Source: Malacoraja senta (Eukaryota). Taken from it: DNA of 64,000 nucleotides. The position numbers were made by a program, and so were the translations under genes. Shown piece after piece: positions 1 to 12,843 of this stretch. The notes beneath the pieces are model-generated. The model did not search any database, was not told the origin of the DNA, and saw nothing but the letters and a program-made list of their open reading frames with translations. Location: the NCBI GenBank assembly GCA_038087875.1, contig CM075995.1, positions 1,428,001 through 1,492,000 of the forward strand. The letters are read 5' to 3'. Within the stretch, counting starts at the first letter, position 1, and each line of letters starts with the position of its first letter.

Positions 1-3000
1 GTTAAACTTTGTTCTGATATCCCAAGTATTATTAATTTTGAGTCTGGATCCAATTTAGTATTAACAACTTCAGAAATTATTTCAAAAATATCAGTCCAGA
101 AATTTTTAATTTTTGTACAATTTGCAAAGGTATGTGTTAAATTGGCCTCTAGATGCAGACATTTATCACAAATAGGAGAAATATGTGGGAAGATTCTATT
201 TAGTTTTATTTTGGAGTAATGTAATCTGTGTAAGACTTTAAATTGTATTAAAGCATGTCTGGCATTTAACGAGCATTGATGTATATGTTGTAAACTTTCG
301 TCCCAAATATCTTTCGTTATAGGATAACCTAACTCATTTTCCCATGTGTATCTATATGGTTCCATCGGTGGTACCTCATTGTTTAAGAGGGTGTTATAAA
401 TATAAGCTATTAATTTTTCTGTGTTAGGATGCTTATTCAAACATTCATCAAGAATTTCTGGTTCCCTAGTCCTATAAACTTGTGTATTAGATTTAACATA
501 ATCTCTAATTTGTAGATATCTGAAGAAATTATTTGAGTGCAGTCCATGATTCTGTTGTAACTCTTGAAATGAAAGAAAGATGCCTTTCCTATAAAGATGT
601 CCAATCTTTTTAATTCCATAATTTTTCCATTTTGTGAAACCTTTATCCAATATGGATGGTTTGAATAAAGGATTATTTACAATGGGAAGGCATAGTGGTA
701 TATTATTCAGTTTTAAAGCTTTTTTAAATTATTTCCAAATTCGTATTCCACTATGTATTATAGGGTTTTTCTTATAGGTTTTTTTATGCAGTTTTGTGGG
801 AGCAAATATAATCCAACCAATTTCAAAAGGTAAACATCCTTAACCAATCTGGTTGTTGATCCATTTCTTCCAGCCAGAAATTCATGTTTTTAATATGGAC
901 TGCCCAGAAATAAAATAAGAAATTTGGCAAGGCCAAACCTCCATTGCTCTTTGACTTACATAAATGTTTTTTACTTATTCTATGATTCTTAAAATCCCAA
1001 ATAAAGCTTGTAACAATGGAATCGACTTTTTGAGAAAAAAAAATTGGGATATATATTGGAATTAATTGAAATAGGTACAGTAGTTGCAGTAAAACCCCTG
1101 TCTCACTGTGCAAGCTGACCCACGAGGTACCCCGAGTTTAAAACAAATTTAACTCATGGTAATCACGTACAATTAACGTAGCGGGAACGTCGGAACTCGT
1201 GGACGCAACTTAGCGACTCTTGGCGCTAACGGCAGGTACCCGTGAAACGTGTTAACTCGTGAAAAAGTTCAAACATGTTTAAACTTTTCCACGAGTAAAA
1301 TGTACTCTTGAGGTTAAAATTTGAAACATTTAAACTCGTTGTAAGAACGTAGTGGCCTGTGCGTTTACCTTTGTGACTCGTGAGTCTACCGTGGGAACTC
1401 TTTTTAGAAACAATAATCAGGGACAGAAATATCAGTTACTTGGATAAGTATGGATCAGTTAAGAAACACCAACATAGACTTTTTAAAGACAAATTCTGCT
1501 TAACAAAGTTAAGCAAGTTATTGATAAGGTGACAGAGTGGGTTGAAAAGAAAAAAATGCTTGAAGTTTATATATTGATTTTGTGTATTTGGGACTGAGCT
1601 CACAACCTTAAGACAAACCAGTATTGAGGAACAGCGTGAGAACATTTTATGACACTTCATGGCAGCCTAATCTGAGGTTTGCCAGTCACGCCCAGAAGCC
1701 ATCTCTACCAGTGCTGTTGAAGAAGACAGGGTTGTGTTCACCTCTCCTGCACCCCTGTTCCGTAGGACAACACCAACTCTTTCATTATGCAGATGTTAAA
1801 GGCTGGGTTTTATTCTCAAGCCATGATGCCAGATTCCCGATCTCTTTACTGAACTTTACTGAATCAAAGGGTTCTATAGGAGGTGCTGCCTCAAAAAGGC
1901 AGCCAGCATTGTCATGGACCCACACTACCCTGGCCATGCTCTCATTTCATTCCTGCTTTCACCCCCCATCACCACTCAGTTATACAGAGCTGCAGCCTGC
2001 TTTGCAATCTGAATATGGAGACGGCCGTCTTAGTGGAGCAGAATCACCATTTGATGAAAGGACAGACCTGGGAGATTAGTTCCGTTATCCCTCTGATGTT
2101 CATTCTTATCTGTATGTTTATGTTGTTTTTTGCCTGTTTGATCATATTTTAGTATCTTTTGGATACTCCCACTTTTTCTAATAGCTTAAAGTGTTGAAAA
2201 GCTTTTTACTAATCCGTTTGATTCTCACTGTTTGTTTACCTCATTGCACAATAAAAGAGAGTTCTTTGCTATCAAGATCAAATTGATGTCTGGAAGTCTT
2301 CATTTTAATATCACTACAAAGTCTCATGACTTGAATGTAATATTCCTTTCATCATAAAACACAAAATAGAGAAAGGCAAAATATATTCACATCTTGATTC
2401 TCACAATCATTTGTGAGAGTTAAGGACTCTGGTGCCTCATATGCTGTGCTTTTTAAATGTTAGAAAGTGTCACCTCTGTAGATCAGAAAATAAAACAAAC
2501 AGCACGGTGAATGAGAAACAAAGTCTTTATTAATCTTGTTCAATATCATAAATGCTTTTTTGCACATATTGAGAAAAGGAGCACCACAGCAAACAACACA
2601 GTGGTCTGAAAAAGGGCTTCTCAAACATGCAAATCAACAAATGAAGCATAAATAAAAGTATTTCCACTATATACTAATTCAGCTGAGAAATGCACAAGCC
2701 TAAATTCAGGCAATAAAAGAGACAATGCAATGCGCTCAATGACACGTTTTGAGATCTACCATCAGATAAGCAGATGCATTGTTGCCTCAAGATTAACGGG
2801 AGAAGAACTTTGTACACTCGGGAGACGAACTTGGAACATCGCAGAAATGAGAAGTAAACGGCAAACTTAGACATACCCGTGGGAACTCGGTTAAACTCTT
2901 GATCATAAACTTGGAGTCTCGTACGCAACCACGAGTCTTTCACTCGGGGTCACTCGTGGGTCAACTCGCACAGTGAGACAGGGCTTGTAGAAGATCATTT

Positions 3001-5514
3001 TTATAGCATTAATTCTACCAAGCATTGAAATGGGAAGTGTTTTCCAGTACTGAATATTCTTGTGTAATTTATTCAGTAAGGGTGGAAAATTTAGTTTAAA
3101 TAAAGAGGTATATGTCTTAGTTACGTTGATTCCTAAATATTTAAGTTTATCTTTAACTATTTTAAAAGGGGATTGTTGTAATGTATGTAAATTGAATTTT
3201 GTTATTGGCATGATTTTGCTTTTATTCCAGTTAATTCTATATCCTGAAAACTGGCCAAATTGAGTTATTAGATTTAATAGATTTGGAATACTAGTTTCTA
3301 ACTTTGTAATATATATTAGTACATCATTAGTACATATAAAGAAATTTTATTCCTTGTATCTCTAGTGTTGTACCCGTGTATTCCTGGATGGGTTCTAACG
3401 CTTTCTGCTAATGGTTCAATTGCAAGAGCAAATAATAGTGGGGATAGTGAACATCCTTGTCGGCAACCTCTAGAAAGATTAAATTTAGCTGATAACATTT
3501 GGTTTGTTATTATTCTAACTGTTGGGTTAGAGTATAACAATTTAACCCATGTACAGTACTTCTCTCCCAGTTGAAGTTTTTCCATCACCGAAAATAAATA
3601 TGACCATTCTACCTGGTCAAATGCTATTTCAGCATCTAACGAAATAATTGCTAGATCTGCATTAGGAATTCTATTTGAGTATATAATATTGAATAGTCTT
3701 CTCAGATTATAAAATGAGTAACGTTTTGGAATAAAACCTGTTTGGTCGGGGTGTATTAATTTGTTAATCACTAAGCTCAATCTATGAGATAGGATTTTGG
3801 TTAATATTTTGTGATCAGTATTTAAGAGAGCTATTGCTCTATATGAACCTGGGTCTTCAAGATCCTTATCCATTTTTGGTATAAGTATAATTGTAGATTC
3901 ATTTAGAGTTTCTGGGAGTTTCTGTTGAGTGTAAGCGTATTTGTACAGTGTCTGTAGGCGTGGAGAAATCAGATCATAAATTTTTTAAATAAAATTCAGA
4001 GCTTAGACCATCAGGACTTTCCATTTTTTAAAGATCTAATTGACTCTTCGATGTCTTTTACTGTAATTTCAGCATCTAGTGATTCTCTCTCTTTCTGATC
4101 TAAACCCGTAAGATTACATTTCTGTAGAAATGTTTCCATTCCTGCTGATTGTTCTGTCGTTTTAGATGAGTACAATTTTTGATAGTATTGTAAAAATCTA
4201 TCATTAATATCTTTAGGCAGTGTTAATGTTTCTCCCTTGTCTGATCTAATTTTGTAAATTGTTTTTTCCCCGTCCAGTTTACGAAGTTGACGCGCCTATA
4301 GTTTTTGTGGTTTATCACCAAATTCAAAATGTAATTGTTTTGTATGTTGATAAAGTTTTATAACTTGGTCTGAGTATATCTTGTTTAACATATTTCAGTA
4401 CTGCAATTTTATTGTGTTTTACCATAGATGGTGCTGTTGCATTTTCTATATCTAATTGTCTTATTTCCATTTCCAATGTCTGTTGTTTGGCCCTATTCTC
4501 TTTGTTAAGAAATGATTGGGAAGAGATTAATGCTCCTCGCACAAATGCTTTAAATGTTTCCCAAAGAAGGGAGGCAGAAATGCCAGGGCTATCATTAGCC
4601 TCAAAAAACATATTAATCTGTTTTACGAGGTATTCATTACATAGCTTTTCTTTTAAGATTTGGGGGTTAAGTCTCCATTGTGACTGTGTCTCGGCCATTC
4701 CGTTTAGTTTAAGCTTTTCTTTTAAGATTTGGGGGTTAAGTCTCCATTGTGACTGTGTCTCGGCCATTCCGTTTAGTTTAATCATAAATGTTAGTGGAGC
4801 ATGGTCCGAGATTATAATATTATGATATTGCGAATTATAGGTAAATGGGATAAGTTTAGAGTCTACTAAGAAATAGTCTATCCTTGAGTAAGTTTTATGC
4901 ACTGGTGAGTAAAATGAATATTCTCGACCGGATGGGTTTTCAATTCTCCAAACATCCTTAATGTTGGTAGTATTAATATATGAGTTTAGAAATTCACTTG
5001 ACTGAGATTTTAATTTTCTTTGAGTTGATGATCTATCCAAATAAGCATCCAGTGTACAATTTAAGTCTCCACCGATAATTAAGTTATGTTGTGTACATTC
5101 CGGGATAATGTTCAGTCTCTTAAAAAACAGGGGGCTATCAAAATTTGGTCCATACACATTAAGGAGAGTCACTTTTTTTTAGTATAACTCCCCTACTAAT
5201 ACAATATATCTGCCTTCGATATCTTCTATCGTTGATATATGTTTAAAGGGTATACCTTTACGGATTAATATTGCAACACCTCTAGATTTATGTGAAAATG
5301 AAGAGTGATACGCTTTAGCAATCCATTTTGCTTTCAATCTATGTTGTGCTTCCTTTTTAAGATGTGTTTCCTGGAGAAATATTATATCTGCTTTAAGTGA
5401 TTTTAAATGAGCTAATACTTTACCTCTCTTGATTGGTTCATTAATTCCCTTAACATTCCAGCTACAGAATTTAATTCCTTCACCCCCAATTTTCCTATTA
5501 ACGTCTTGCATCAT
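1..5514 (-). pseudogene. L1 ORF2p (APE endonuclease, reverse transcriptase), multiply disrupted
   Basis: SWNVKGIN, FLQETH, NVYGPN, GGDLN, SRIDYF, SDHAP, YRAIALLN, DQTGF, SLDAEIAFD, RGCRQGCSLSPLLF, KYLGI, GRINAIKM, GGLALPN. Several frameshifts; YADD motif replaced by YVLMM near 3320-3336. Confidence 0.95.
1093..2986. mobile_element. PIF/Harbinger-like non-autonomous DNA element (1.9 kb) inserted in L1 ORF2
   Basis: About 43 bp imperfect TIRs (aacccctgtctcactgtgcaagctgacccacgag / ctcgtgggtcaactcgcacagtgagacagggctt). L1 ORF2 (AIKMIF | LQLLYLFQ) resumes on both sides. The left arm resembles the MITE at 50876-51183. TSD imperfect (taa/gta). Confidence 0.8.
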
Positions 5515-6328
5515 GTGATTAGAGTGGTCTATGTTAGAGCAGATGGCTCAGCGCACTAAACCCTACCTTATACCCGAACATCAGGTAGATGAATTTTAGG
5601 TCTCGTCGGTTTTCCATCCGGACATATCTCCCTAAATAAAATATATAATTCCATTCCAAATACAAAATATAATATAATATAAGATAGAAAAAGTAAAAAA
5701 ATGTTACGTTAGTAATGTGTAAAGAGTAGAAAAAGAAGAAAACTACAACTATGGTTAGTGCAGTTAGTGATAGCCATCCTAATGTGGCTAAGCATCTAAG
5801 GACTTCCGTAGCTTTTGGTAAAAAATATACATATATTACTAGCTCCGTACTTTCCTTAAAAGAAAAGTTTCAATTTCAATGAAAACAATTTATGGGGGGG
5901 AGGGAAACAATAGTTATATTCCATTATTGAAATAATTATTAGTCTCCAATTGAAATGTTAGTCTCGTATAGCAACAACAACAAAAAAATTGTCAAAGAAT
6001 AATCAAAGTCAAAAGTATCAGAGAGAAAACTTCCTAAATTGTTATTAATAAATTACCTGAATCACACTTTACTTATATTTCATACTTTTAGTTAATTCTG
6101 AGTTGATCCATTTAACAATAATTAGTATTAATTAGTATTCATGATTAGTAATAGTTGTTAGAAATTAGTACTAAAATGTAAATATTATATATCAGTAGCA
6201 AGATAATTGCCCAATTCTTATTGCAGATTTTGGGCAGTTCTTAAGTATAATAGTTTAAAGTTCTATTTCTTCTCTGCGGGGTAACAATATCCGATGTCTT
6301 CCGGTGAGTGTTGGGTGTTGAATATTAT

Positions 6329-7370
6329 TCAATCTTCGGTCTTATTCTCGATGCTCTGGGCGAATTCAAGTGCCTCTGTGTGCTTGATGAAGAAATGTTC
6401 CTTCTGCTCGTAGGTTACTCTTAATGTTGCGGGGTATAACAGTCCATATCTCAAATTTTTTATATTCTTAAGTATTCTTCTTGTTTCTGTAAACAGCGCT
6501 CTCTTCTTGGCGACTTCCACAGGATAATCTCTAAATATACTGATCTTATCTCCTTCAAATACGAGGTTTCTGCTTTGAACAATTTTCTTCATCATATCAT
6601 CCAAAACATGGTCATATTGCACCTTCACTATCAGTTGTCTTGGGGGGGGCGCCCTCCCTTGGGCGACGTCTCGATACTCTGTGCGCTCGGGCAAGTAATG
6701 GTGCTTGATCCAAATTCAAGACTTTTTTCAGTAGATCTGTAGCAAATTCACGGGGGTCACGATTCCCCTCTCTGCCTTCTTGGACGCCCACGATTCTTAA
6801 ATTCTGGCGTCTCTGTCGTCCCTCCAAGTCAATACATTTTTCGGTTATTTGATGCACTAACTTTGATAGGCGTTTGTTCTCGGCAATAAGTTTTTTTGTA
6901 GCTTCGGAGCTCGTCTCAGCAATTTCCTCTAATTCCGTTACTGCCTTGTGGTGTTGATTTAATGTCTGGAGGATCGGCTCCAACTTAGAATCAAATCTAG
7001 ATTCCATCGAGTTCAGTTTATCATTTACTTCTTCAATACTTTGATTCAAATTTTCTTCCATGTTTAACTTCCAGTCTTCCAGAACTTCATGTACAGAAGC
7101 TGTAACCTCTTCTTTAATTTGTTCTTTAATTTCATCTTTAAAAGATTTCAGCTCTTCCTTGAAGTTCTGTTTAAAATTTTGTAATTCTTTCATTATATTA
7201 GAGATTTCCTGTGCAAGGAAGATTCTTAATTCTTCCACTTCTGTCTTTTTCTTCTTTGAGATATCTTCTTGGGATGCTGTTAAAACTGATGCCGAGGCTT
7301 CAGTTGGGCCTACCTCTTTAGCCCTGCCGGTTTTTTTCGTCTTGGGAGAGGGAGTACGTTGTGTAGACAT
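6329..7370 (-). pseudogene. L1 ORF1p (coiled coil plus RRM/CTD), frameshifted near 6645
   Basis: DLEGRQRRQNLRIVGVQEG...RAHR in 6612-7370 continues as ISIFRDYPVEVAKKR...YGLLYPATLRVTY in 6329-6694; the shift lies at a G run. Confidence 0.92.
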
Positions 7371-7599
7371 ACTGCCGGTGTCGCGCGCCTGATGACGTCA
7401 AGAACTTGATGCAAACAGTCGGTGCCGTTTTCTGCAGGTAGGTCCCGTCATTTTCCCCCGTTTTCAGCGTTTGTTTCCCGGAGCTAGTCGGCGCGAGTCT
7501 CTCCTACTCCATAGCGCCACCGGAAATCCCGCTCCTGTCAATTATGACCTGATGATCACATTTTTTATACCCACGTGTTAATCCCCAGCTGCAGGACTC

Positions 7600-7850
7600 T
7601 GTCCACATCTGAGTCGCATAGACAGACACAAACTGGCAGAGTAACTCAGCTGGTGAGGCAGCATCTCTGGAGAAAATAGAGATCTCGGGTCGGGACCCTT
7701 CTTCAGACAGATTGCAGGGGGGGAGCAGGAAGAAAATAACTGAAAGCCAAGAGGGGCCGGAGCAAGCATGGCCAGCATCAGACGATCTCAGGCGAGGGGG
7801 TCCCCTGACAGGCAGATTGTTGGACAAAGGCAAGAAATAGAAGCAAATGT
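7600..7850 (-). mobile_element. Penelope-like 3' UTR/pLTR fragment with degenerate hammerhead motif
   Basis: gagtaactcagc..ggcagcatctctggag..cgggtcgggacccttcttcagac matches the repeat that follows the GIY-YIG ORF at 37121. Confidence 0.7.
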
Positions 7851-7990
7851 GAACCCAGGAAAATAAGTCTTGGTGAACTGTGACACGAGTTGAAGTTCTG
7901 GTGGAAGAGGTGGGGGTGGGGTGTAGGTACGAGTGGCACACTTCAGAAAGGATGGCAAAGCATTGGAAAGGAAGGATGGAGTAGAATAAC

Positions 7991-8711
7991 GGGATCTGGG
8001 GGTCCATGTTCATCAGTCAATGAAAGTAAGCATGCAGGTACAGCAGGCAGTGAAGAAAGCGACTGGCATGTTGGCCTTCATAACAAGAGGAGTTGAGTAT
8101 AGGAGCAAAGAAGTCCTTCTGCAGTTGTACAGGGCCCTAGTGGGACCACACCTGGAGTATTGTGTGCAGTTTTGGTCTCCAAATTTGAGGAAGGACATTC
8201 TTGCTATTGAGGGAGTGCAGCTTAGGTTCATAAGGTTAATTCCCGGGTTGGCGGGACTGTCATATGCTGAGAGAATGGAGCGGCTGGGCTTGTACACTCT
8301 GGAGTTTAGAAGGATGAGTGGGGATCTTATTGAAACATACAAGATTATTAAGGGTTTGGACACGCTAGAGGCAGGAAACATGTTCCCGATGTTGGGAGAG
8401 TCCAGAACCAGGGGCCACAGTTTAAGAATAAGGGGTAAGCCATTTAGAACGGAGATGAGGAAACACTTTTTCACACAGAGAGTTGTGAGTCTGTGAAATT
8501 CTCTGCTTCAGAGGGCGGTGGAGGCCGGTTCTCTGGATACTTTCATGAGAGAGTTAGATAGGGCTCTTGAAGATAGCGGAGTCAGGGGATATGGGGAAAA
8601 GGCAGGAACGGGGTGCTGATTGTGGATGATCAGCCATGATCACATTGAATGGCGGTGCTAGCTTGAAGGGCCGAATGGCCTCCTCCTGCACCTATTGTCT
8701 ATTGTCCATTG
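7991..8711 (+). mobile_element. CR1-clade LINE (HER1-like) 3' fragment
   Basis: ORF 8020-8496 LYRALVGPHLEYCVQFWSP...SRTRGHSL; 3' UTR ending in a (ctattgt)n tail. Confidence 0.92.
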
Positions 8712-8739
8712 TAATAATACTGGGGATGTGAAGCCTATA

Positions 8740-9120
8740 CAGTCAGCATGGAAACAGGCCCTACGCCTCAACGTTCCCACACAGGCCAACATGTCACATC
8801 TATACTAGTCCCACCTGCCTGCGTTTGACCCATACTTCCCTAAACCTGCCCTATCCATGTAAGTGTCCAAATGTTTCTTAAATGTTGCGATGAATACTGT
8901 ACCTTCCTCATCTACCTCCTCCGGCAGCTAGTTCCATGCACCCACCACCCTTTGTGTGAAAACGTTACCCCTCGGGTTCCTAGTAAATCTTTCCCCCCTC
9001 ACCTTAAACCTATGTCCGCTGGTTCTCCTTTTGACCACTGTATCTACCTGTAATGCCACCTTCAACGAACCATGTACCTAGATCCTATGTACCTACTCCT
9101 AGATCCCTCTGCTCTACAAC
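8740..9120 (-). mobile_element. CR1-clade LINE 3' fragments (second subfamily)
   Basis: ggaaacaggcc..ctagtcccacctgcctgcg..acccaccaccctttgtgtgaaaa, same as copies at 17010-17440 and 48850-49560. Confidence 0.75.
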
Positions 9121-9129
9121 ACGCCGCAG

Positions 9130-9598
9130 TAACGGTGGCGCAGCGGTAGAGTTGCTGCCCTACAGCGAATGCAGCCCCGGAGACCTGGGTTCTCTCCCGA
9201 TTACGGGTGCTGTCTGTACGGAGTTGGTCCGTTCTCCCCGTGACCTGCGTGGGTTTTCTCCGAGATCTTCGGTTTCCTCCCACACTCCAAACACATGTTC
9301 GTCAGTCTGAAGAAGGGTCTCGACCCGAAACGTCGCCCATTCCTTCTCTCCAGAAATGCTGCCTAACCCACTGAGTTACTCCGGCATTTTTTTCTACCTT
9401 CGATTTAAACCAACATCTCCAGTTCTTTCTTACACAGGTTTGTAGGTTAATTGGCATGGTAAATGTAAAAATTGTCTGTAAAAATTGTCCCTAGAGGTTG
9501 TAGGATAGTGTTAATATGCGGGGATCGCTGGTCGGCGCGGACCCGGTGGGCCGAAGGGCCTGTTTCTGTGCTGTATCTCTAAACTAAACTAAACTAAA
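9130..9598 (+). mobile_element. tRNA-derived V-SINE (HE1-like) carrying an inserted hammerhead/pLTR unit (about 9297-9432)
   Basis: A box ggtggcgcagcggt, central gttctccccgtgacctgcgtgggttttctcc domain, CR1-like 3' end gggccgaagggcctgtttc and (taaac)n tail. Confidence 0.88.
9307..9334 (+). ncRNA. Minimal hammerhead ribozyme motif (Penelope-associated)
   Basis: CTGAAGA-A-GGGT ctcg ACCC-GAAAC-GTC: CUGAnGA and GAAA core boxes, helix II, loopless palindromic helix III (ACGT), GUC cleavage triplet. Confidence 0.7.
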
Positions 9599-9929
9599 CC
9601 CCTGCCATTCACTGTGTAGGTTCTGCCAATGTTAGTGTTCCCAAAATGCAACACCTCACGTTTATTAAATTCCATCAACCATTCCATAACCCACCTGACC
9701 AACCGATCAAGGCCCCACTGCAAATTTTGACAACCATCTTCACAATCTACAATGGCCCCACAACAGAAGCGTCCACGTCGCGGGGCTGGAAACTGGAAGT
9801 ATCCTGAGCTAATTCTGCCACCACCATCATCTATTGCGACAAGCGATGGCTTCCACTGATTGTCGCCGGAAGCTTGCGTCCTTTTCAGGATGGACGATGA
9901 CAGCGAGGTCAACATTTGTGACAAGATGG

Positions 9930-10690
9930 ACAATAGACAGTAGACACTAAACAATAGGTGCTGGAGTAGGCCATTCGGCCCTTTGAGCCAGCACCGCCAT
10001 TCAATGTGATCATGGCTGATCATCCCCAATCAGTACCCCGTTCCTGCCGATTCCGCTATCTTTAAGAGCCCGATCTAGCTCTCTCTTGAAAGTTTCCAGA
10101 GAACCGGCCTCCCCCGCCCTCTGAGGCAGAGAATTCCACAGACTCACAACTCTCGTCTCTGTTTCCTCGTCTCCGTTCTAAATGGCTTACTCCTTATTCT
10201 TAAACCGTGGCTCCTGGTTCTGGACTCCCCCAACATCGGGAAATTGTTTCCTGCCTCTAGCGTGTCCAAACACTTCACAATCTTATATGTTTCAATAAGA
10301 TGCCCTCTCATCCTTCTAAACTCCAGAGTGTACAAGCCCAGCCGCTCCATTCTCTCAGCATATGACAGCATATGACAGTCCCGCCATCCTGGGAATTAAC
10401 CTTGTGAAACTACGCTGCACTCTCTCAATAGCAAGAAGGTCCTTCCTCAAATTAGGGGACCAAAACTGCACACAATACTCCAGGTGTGGTCTCACTAGGG
10501 CCTTGTACAACTGCAGAAGGACCTCTTTGCTCCTTTGACATGAAAATAAGAAGACTATCAACAATACCACTTTTGTATCATCTGCAAACTTGCTAACCAC
10601 GCCATGTAAGCTCTCATCCAAATGATTGCTATAGATGATAGACAATAACGGGCCCATTACCGAACCCTGAGGCACACCGCTGGTCACAGG
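9930..10690 (-). mobile_element. CR1-clade LINE fragments
   Basis: [23 protein letters not shown] and LYKALVRPHLEYCVQFWSP in ORF 10355-10885; 3' tail near 9930. Confidence 0.9.
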
Positions 10691-11033
10691 TTGAAGCCTA
10701 TGTTGTGTGTTTTGTTTGCAGAGATTGGGAGATTCGGAGGGAGAGTTAACGGAAGTGCCCACATTCACAATACAGCGGGTGGGGAGAAAGTGTTTCCATT
10801 GGCAGGAGGTCCAGTAACCAAGGGATAAAGAATCAAAGGAAACTGGCAACAATTGTGCAGGGAGTTGGAATAATCTGGAATGCACTGATGGAAAGGGAGT
10901 GTTTATTCAATGTTCATTCACTTTCATAGAGAAACTGGAACTACTCCTGAAAAGAGAGAGGGAAAATAAAGATTCATGGCTCTGGGGAATTGACAGAAGG
11001 TTGTGACTAATTAGATAGCTGTATCAAAGTGTT

Positions 11034-11430
11034 CTCTTCTTCTTCTGGCGTTTGAGGCAGCAGAAGTTACGTAACGCCCTCCAGGCGCTGTAGCCAGTTC
11101 AATGTGCTGTTGTCGAGGGCCGTGAGGTCTACCCCTCCACCAGGGGGGGCGGAGGACAGCGCAGTCGAAAATGACGGGCTGCAATGTTCGCTGGTCTGCT
11201 CCACACACGCAGGCTGCTGACGAACGCAGCCCCCAGCGATGCATGTTGGCGTTGAACCGGCCGACCCCTGTAGGGAGCCGCTTTTCAGGGCGACCCACTC
11301 TTTGCGGGGGCTGGTCCGAGCCGGGTGGGGCTGTGGTGTTCAGTGCAACCGTGAATTTCAGAGGTCGCGGGTTGGGGCTCATGTTGTCGACCTCCCCATG
11401 GTGGGCCCTGTCGACTGACCTCTGTCAGGC
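11034..11430 (-). mobile_element. Vingi/Ingi-like (or RTE-X-like) LINE 3' fragment
   Basis: RLPTGVGRFNANMHRWGLRSSAACVCGADQRT..FDC C-terminal zinc-knuckle-like motif followed by an (AAG)n tail. Clade assignment uncertain. Confidence 0.6.
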
Positions 11431-11799
11431 GAACGACAACAAACAGAGACAGCAGCAGGAATATCAAAGTGTTAGCACAGTTACAACGATCCAAGTTGAA
11501 TCCTTGTATATCCCGCGATTGTACATCTCGATAATTCAATGGGAATATTCAATGACATTTGTACGTGGCTGATATAATGCTAAGTGGAGTAATAAATATT
11601 TTGCTGTATCGCTTTACAGTTTGGAGAACGTTGTGGCAATGTTCCACGTTTCTGGATATTGACAAAGATAAACTCCCTCACTTCAGTCTCATCTTTCCTC
11701 CCCTCCTGATCTGGGTGCGATTTGTGTTAAAAGTAGAAGTGCACTGAAGCAAAGCAACAAGTATACGAATAACACACAAAGTTGCACCATATGTTCAAC

Positions 11800-12145
11800 C
11801 GAGAGTGTATAAAATCATGAGAGGAATAGATCGGGTAGATGCACAGCGTCTCTTGCCCAGAGTAGGGGAATCGAGGACCAGAGGACATAGGTTTACGGTG
11901 AAGGGGAAAAGATTTAATAGGAATCCGAGGGGTAACTTTTTCACACAAAGGGTGGTGGGTGTATGGAACAAGCTGCCGGAGGAAGTAGTTGAGGCTAGTT
12001 GAGAAACAGTTAGACAGGTACATGGATAGGACAGGTTTGGAGGGATACGGGCCAAATGCGGGTGGGTGGGACTAGTGTAGCTGAGGCATGTTGGCCGGTG
12101 TGAGCAAGTTGGGCTGAAGGGCCTGTTTCCACACTGTATCACTAG
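11800..12145 (+). mobile_element. CR1-clade LINE 3' fragment (second subfamily)
   Basis: YKIMRGIDRVD..ESRTRGHRF..FFTQRVVGVWNKLPEEVVEA. Confidence 0.88.
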
Positions 12146-12149
12146 CTCA

Positions 12150-12700
12150 ATGGAAGGAACTGCGGATACTGGAATCTTGATCAACGCACAAAATGCTGGT
12201 GGAACTCAGCGGGTCAGGCAGCATCTGTGGAGGGAATGGACATAGGGCCTTTTGTGTAAGGACCCTTCTTCAGACTCCACCAAAAATGTATAATATGACA
12301 ATTTAAAAAAGGTAAAAACATTTTTACAAAGACTTGTCAGGAATCTTTGCATGTTAATTCAGGCACATGTGATGCTGCCACACCAAGTTGAATTGTTCAA
12401 CTTCACAACCAAAAAGGGGTGAGAATTTACAGTTCCACTAATTTTCTGAAATAATTTTCAAATTTCCTGACCCTTTTTGTCAGACGAAGGCTTCTGACCT
12501 GAAACGTCACCCATCCATGTTCTCCAGAGATGCTGCCTGACCCGCTGAATTACTCCAGCATTTTGCCGAACTTCCCAAGCCTTCTAATGAGGTATATGCG
12601 TAGGGAGACACAGAATGCTGCAGTAACTCAGCGGGTGAGGCAGCATCTATGGAGAGAAGGAAGTGGCGATGTTTCGGGTCGAGACACTTCTTCTTCAGAC
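12150..12700. mobile_element. Cluster of Penelope-like pLTR fragments in both orientations
   Basis: Minus copies at about 12150-12275 and 12600-12700, plus copy at about 12481-12565; each has a degenerate hammerhead motif. Confidence 0.65.
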
Positions 12701-12843
12701 TGCTTTCTTGGTCATTGCTCTGATAGGGTTGGCCCAGGACGAGTTGCTGGTGATATTTACTCCAAAGAAACTGAAGGTTTCACCCATCTCTACTTCGGCG
12801 CCATAAATCGACACCAGGGTGTGAGTACCACTCTGCTTCCTTT

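Larger units (their letters stand above)
1..7530 (-). mobile_element. L1 (LINE-1 clade) retrotransposon, near full length, inactivated; 3' end runs off the window
   Basis: Short GC-rich 5' UTR (7371-7530), ORF1, AT-rich spacer of about 810 bp, then ORF2 pieces with APE endonuclease, RT and C-terminal cysteine motif (ICDKC...HTFANC near 120-200). Interrupted at 1093-2986. Confidence 0.95.
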
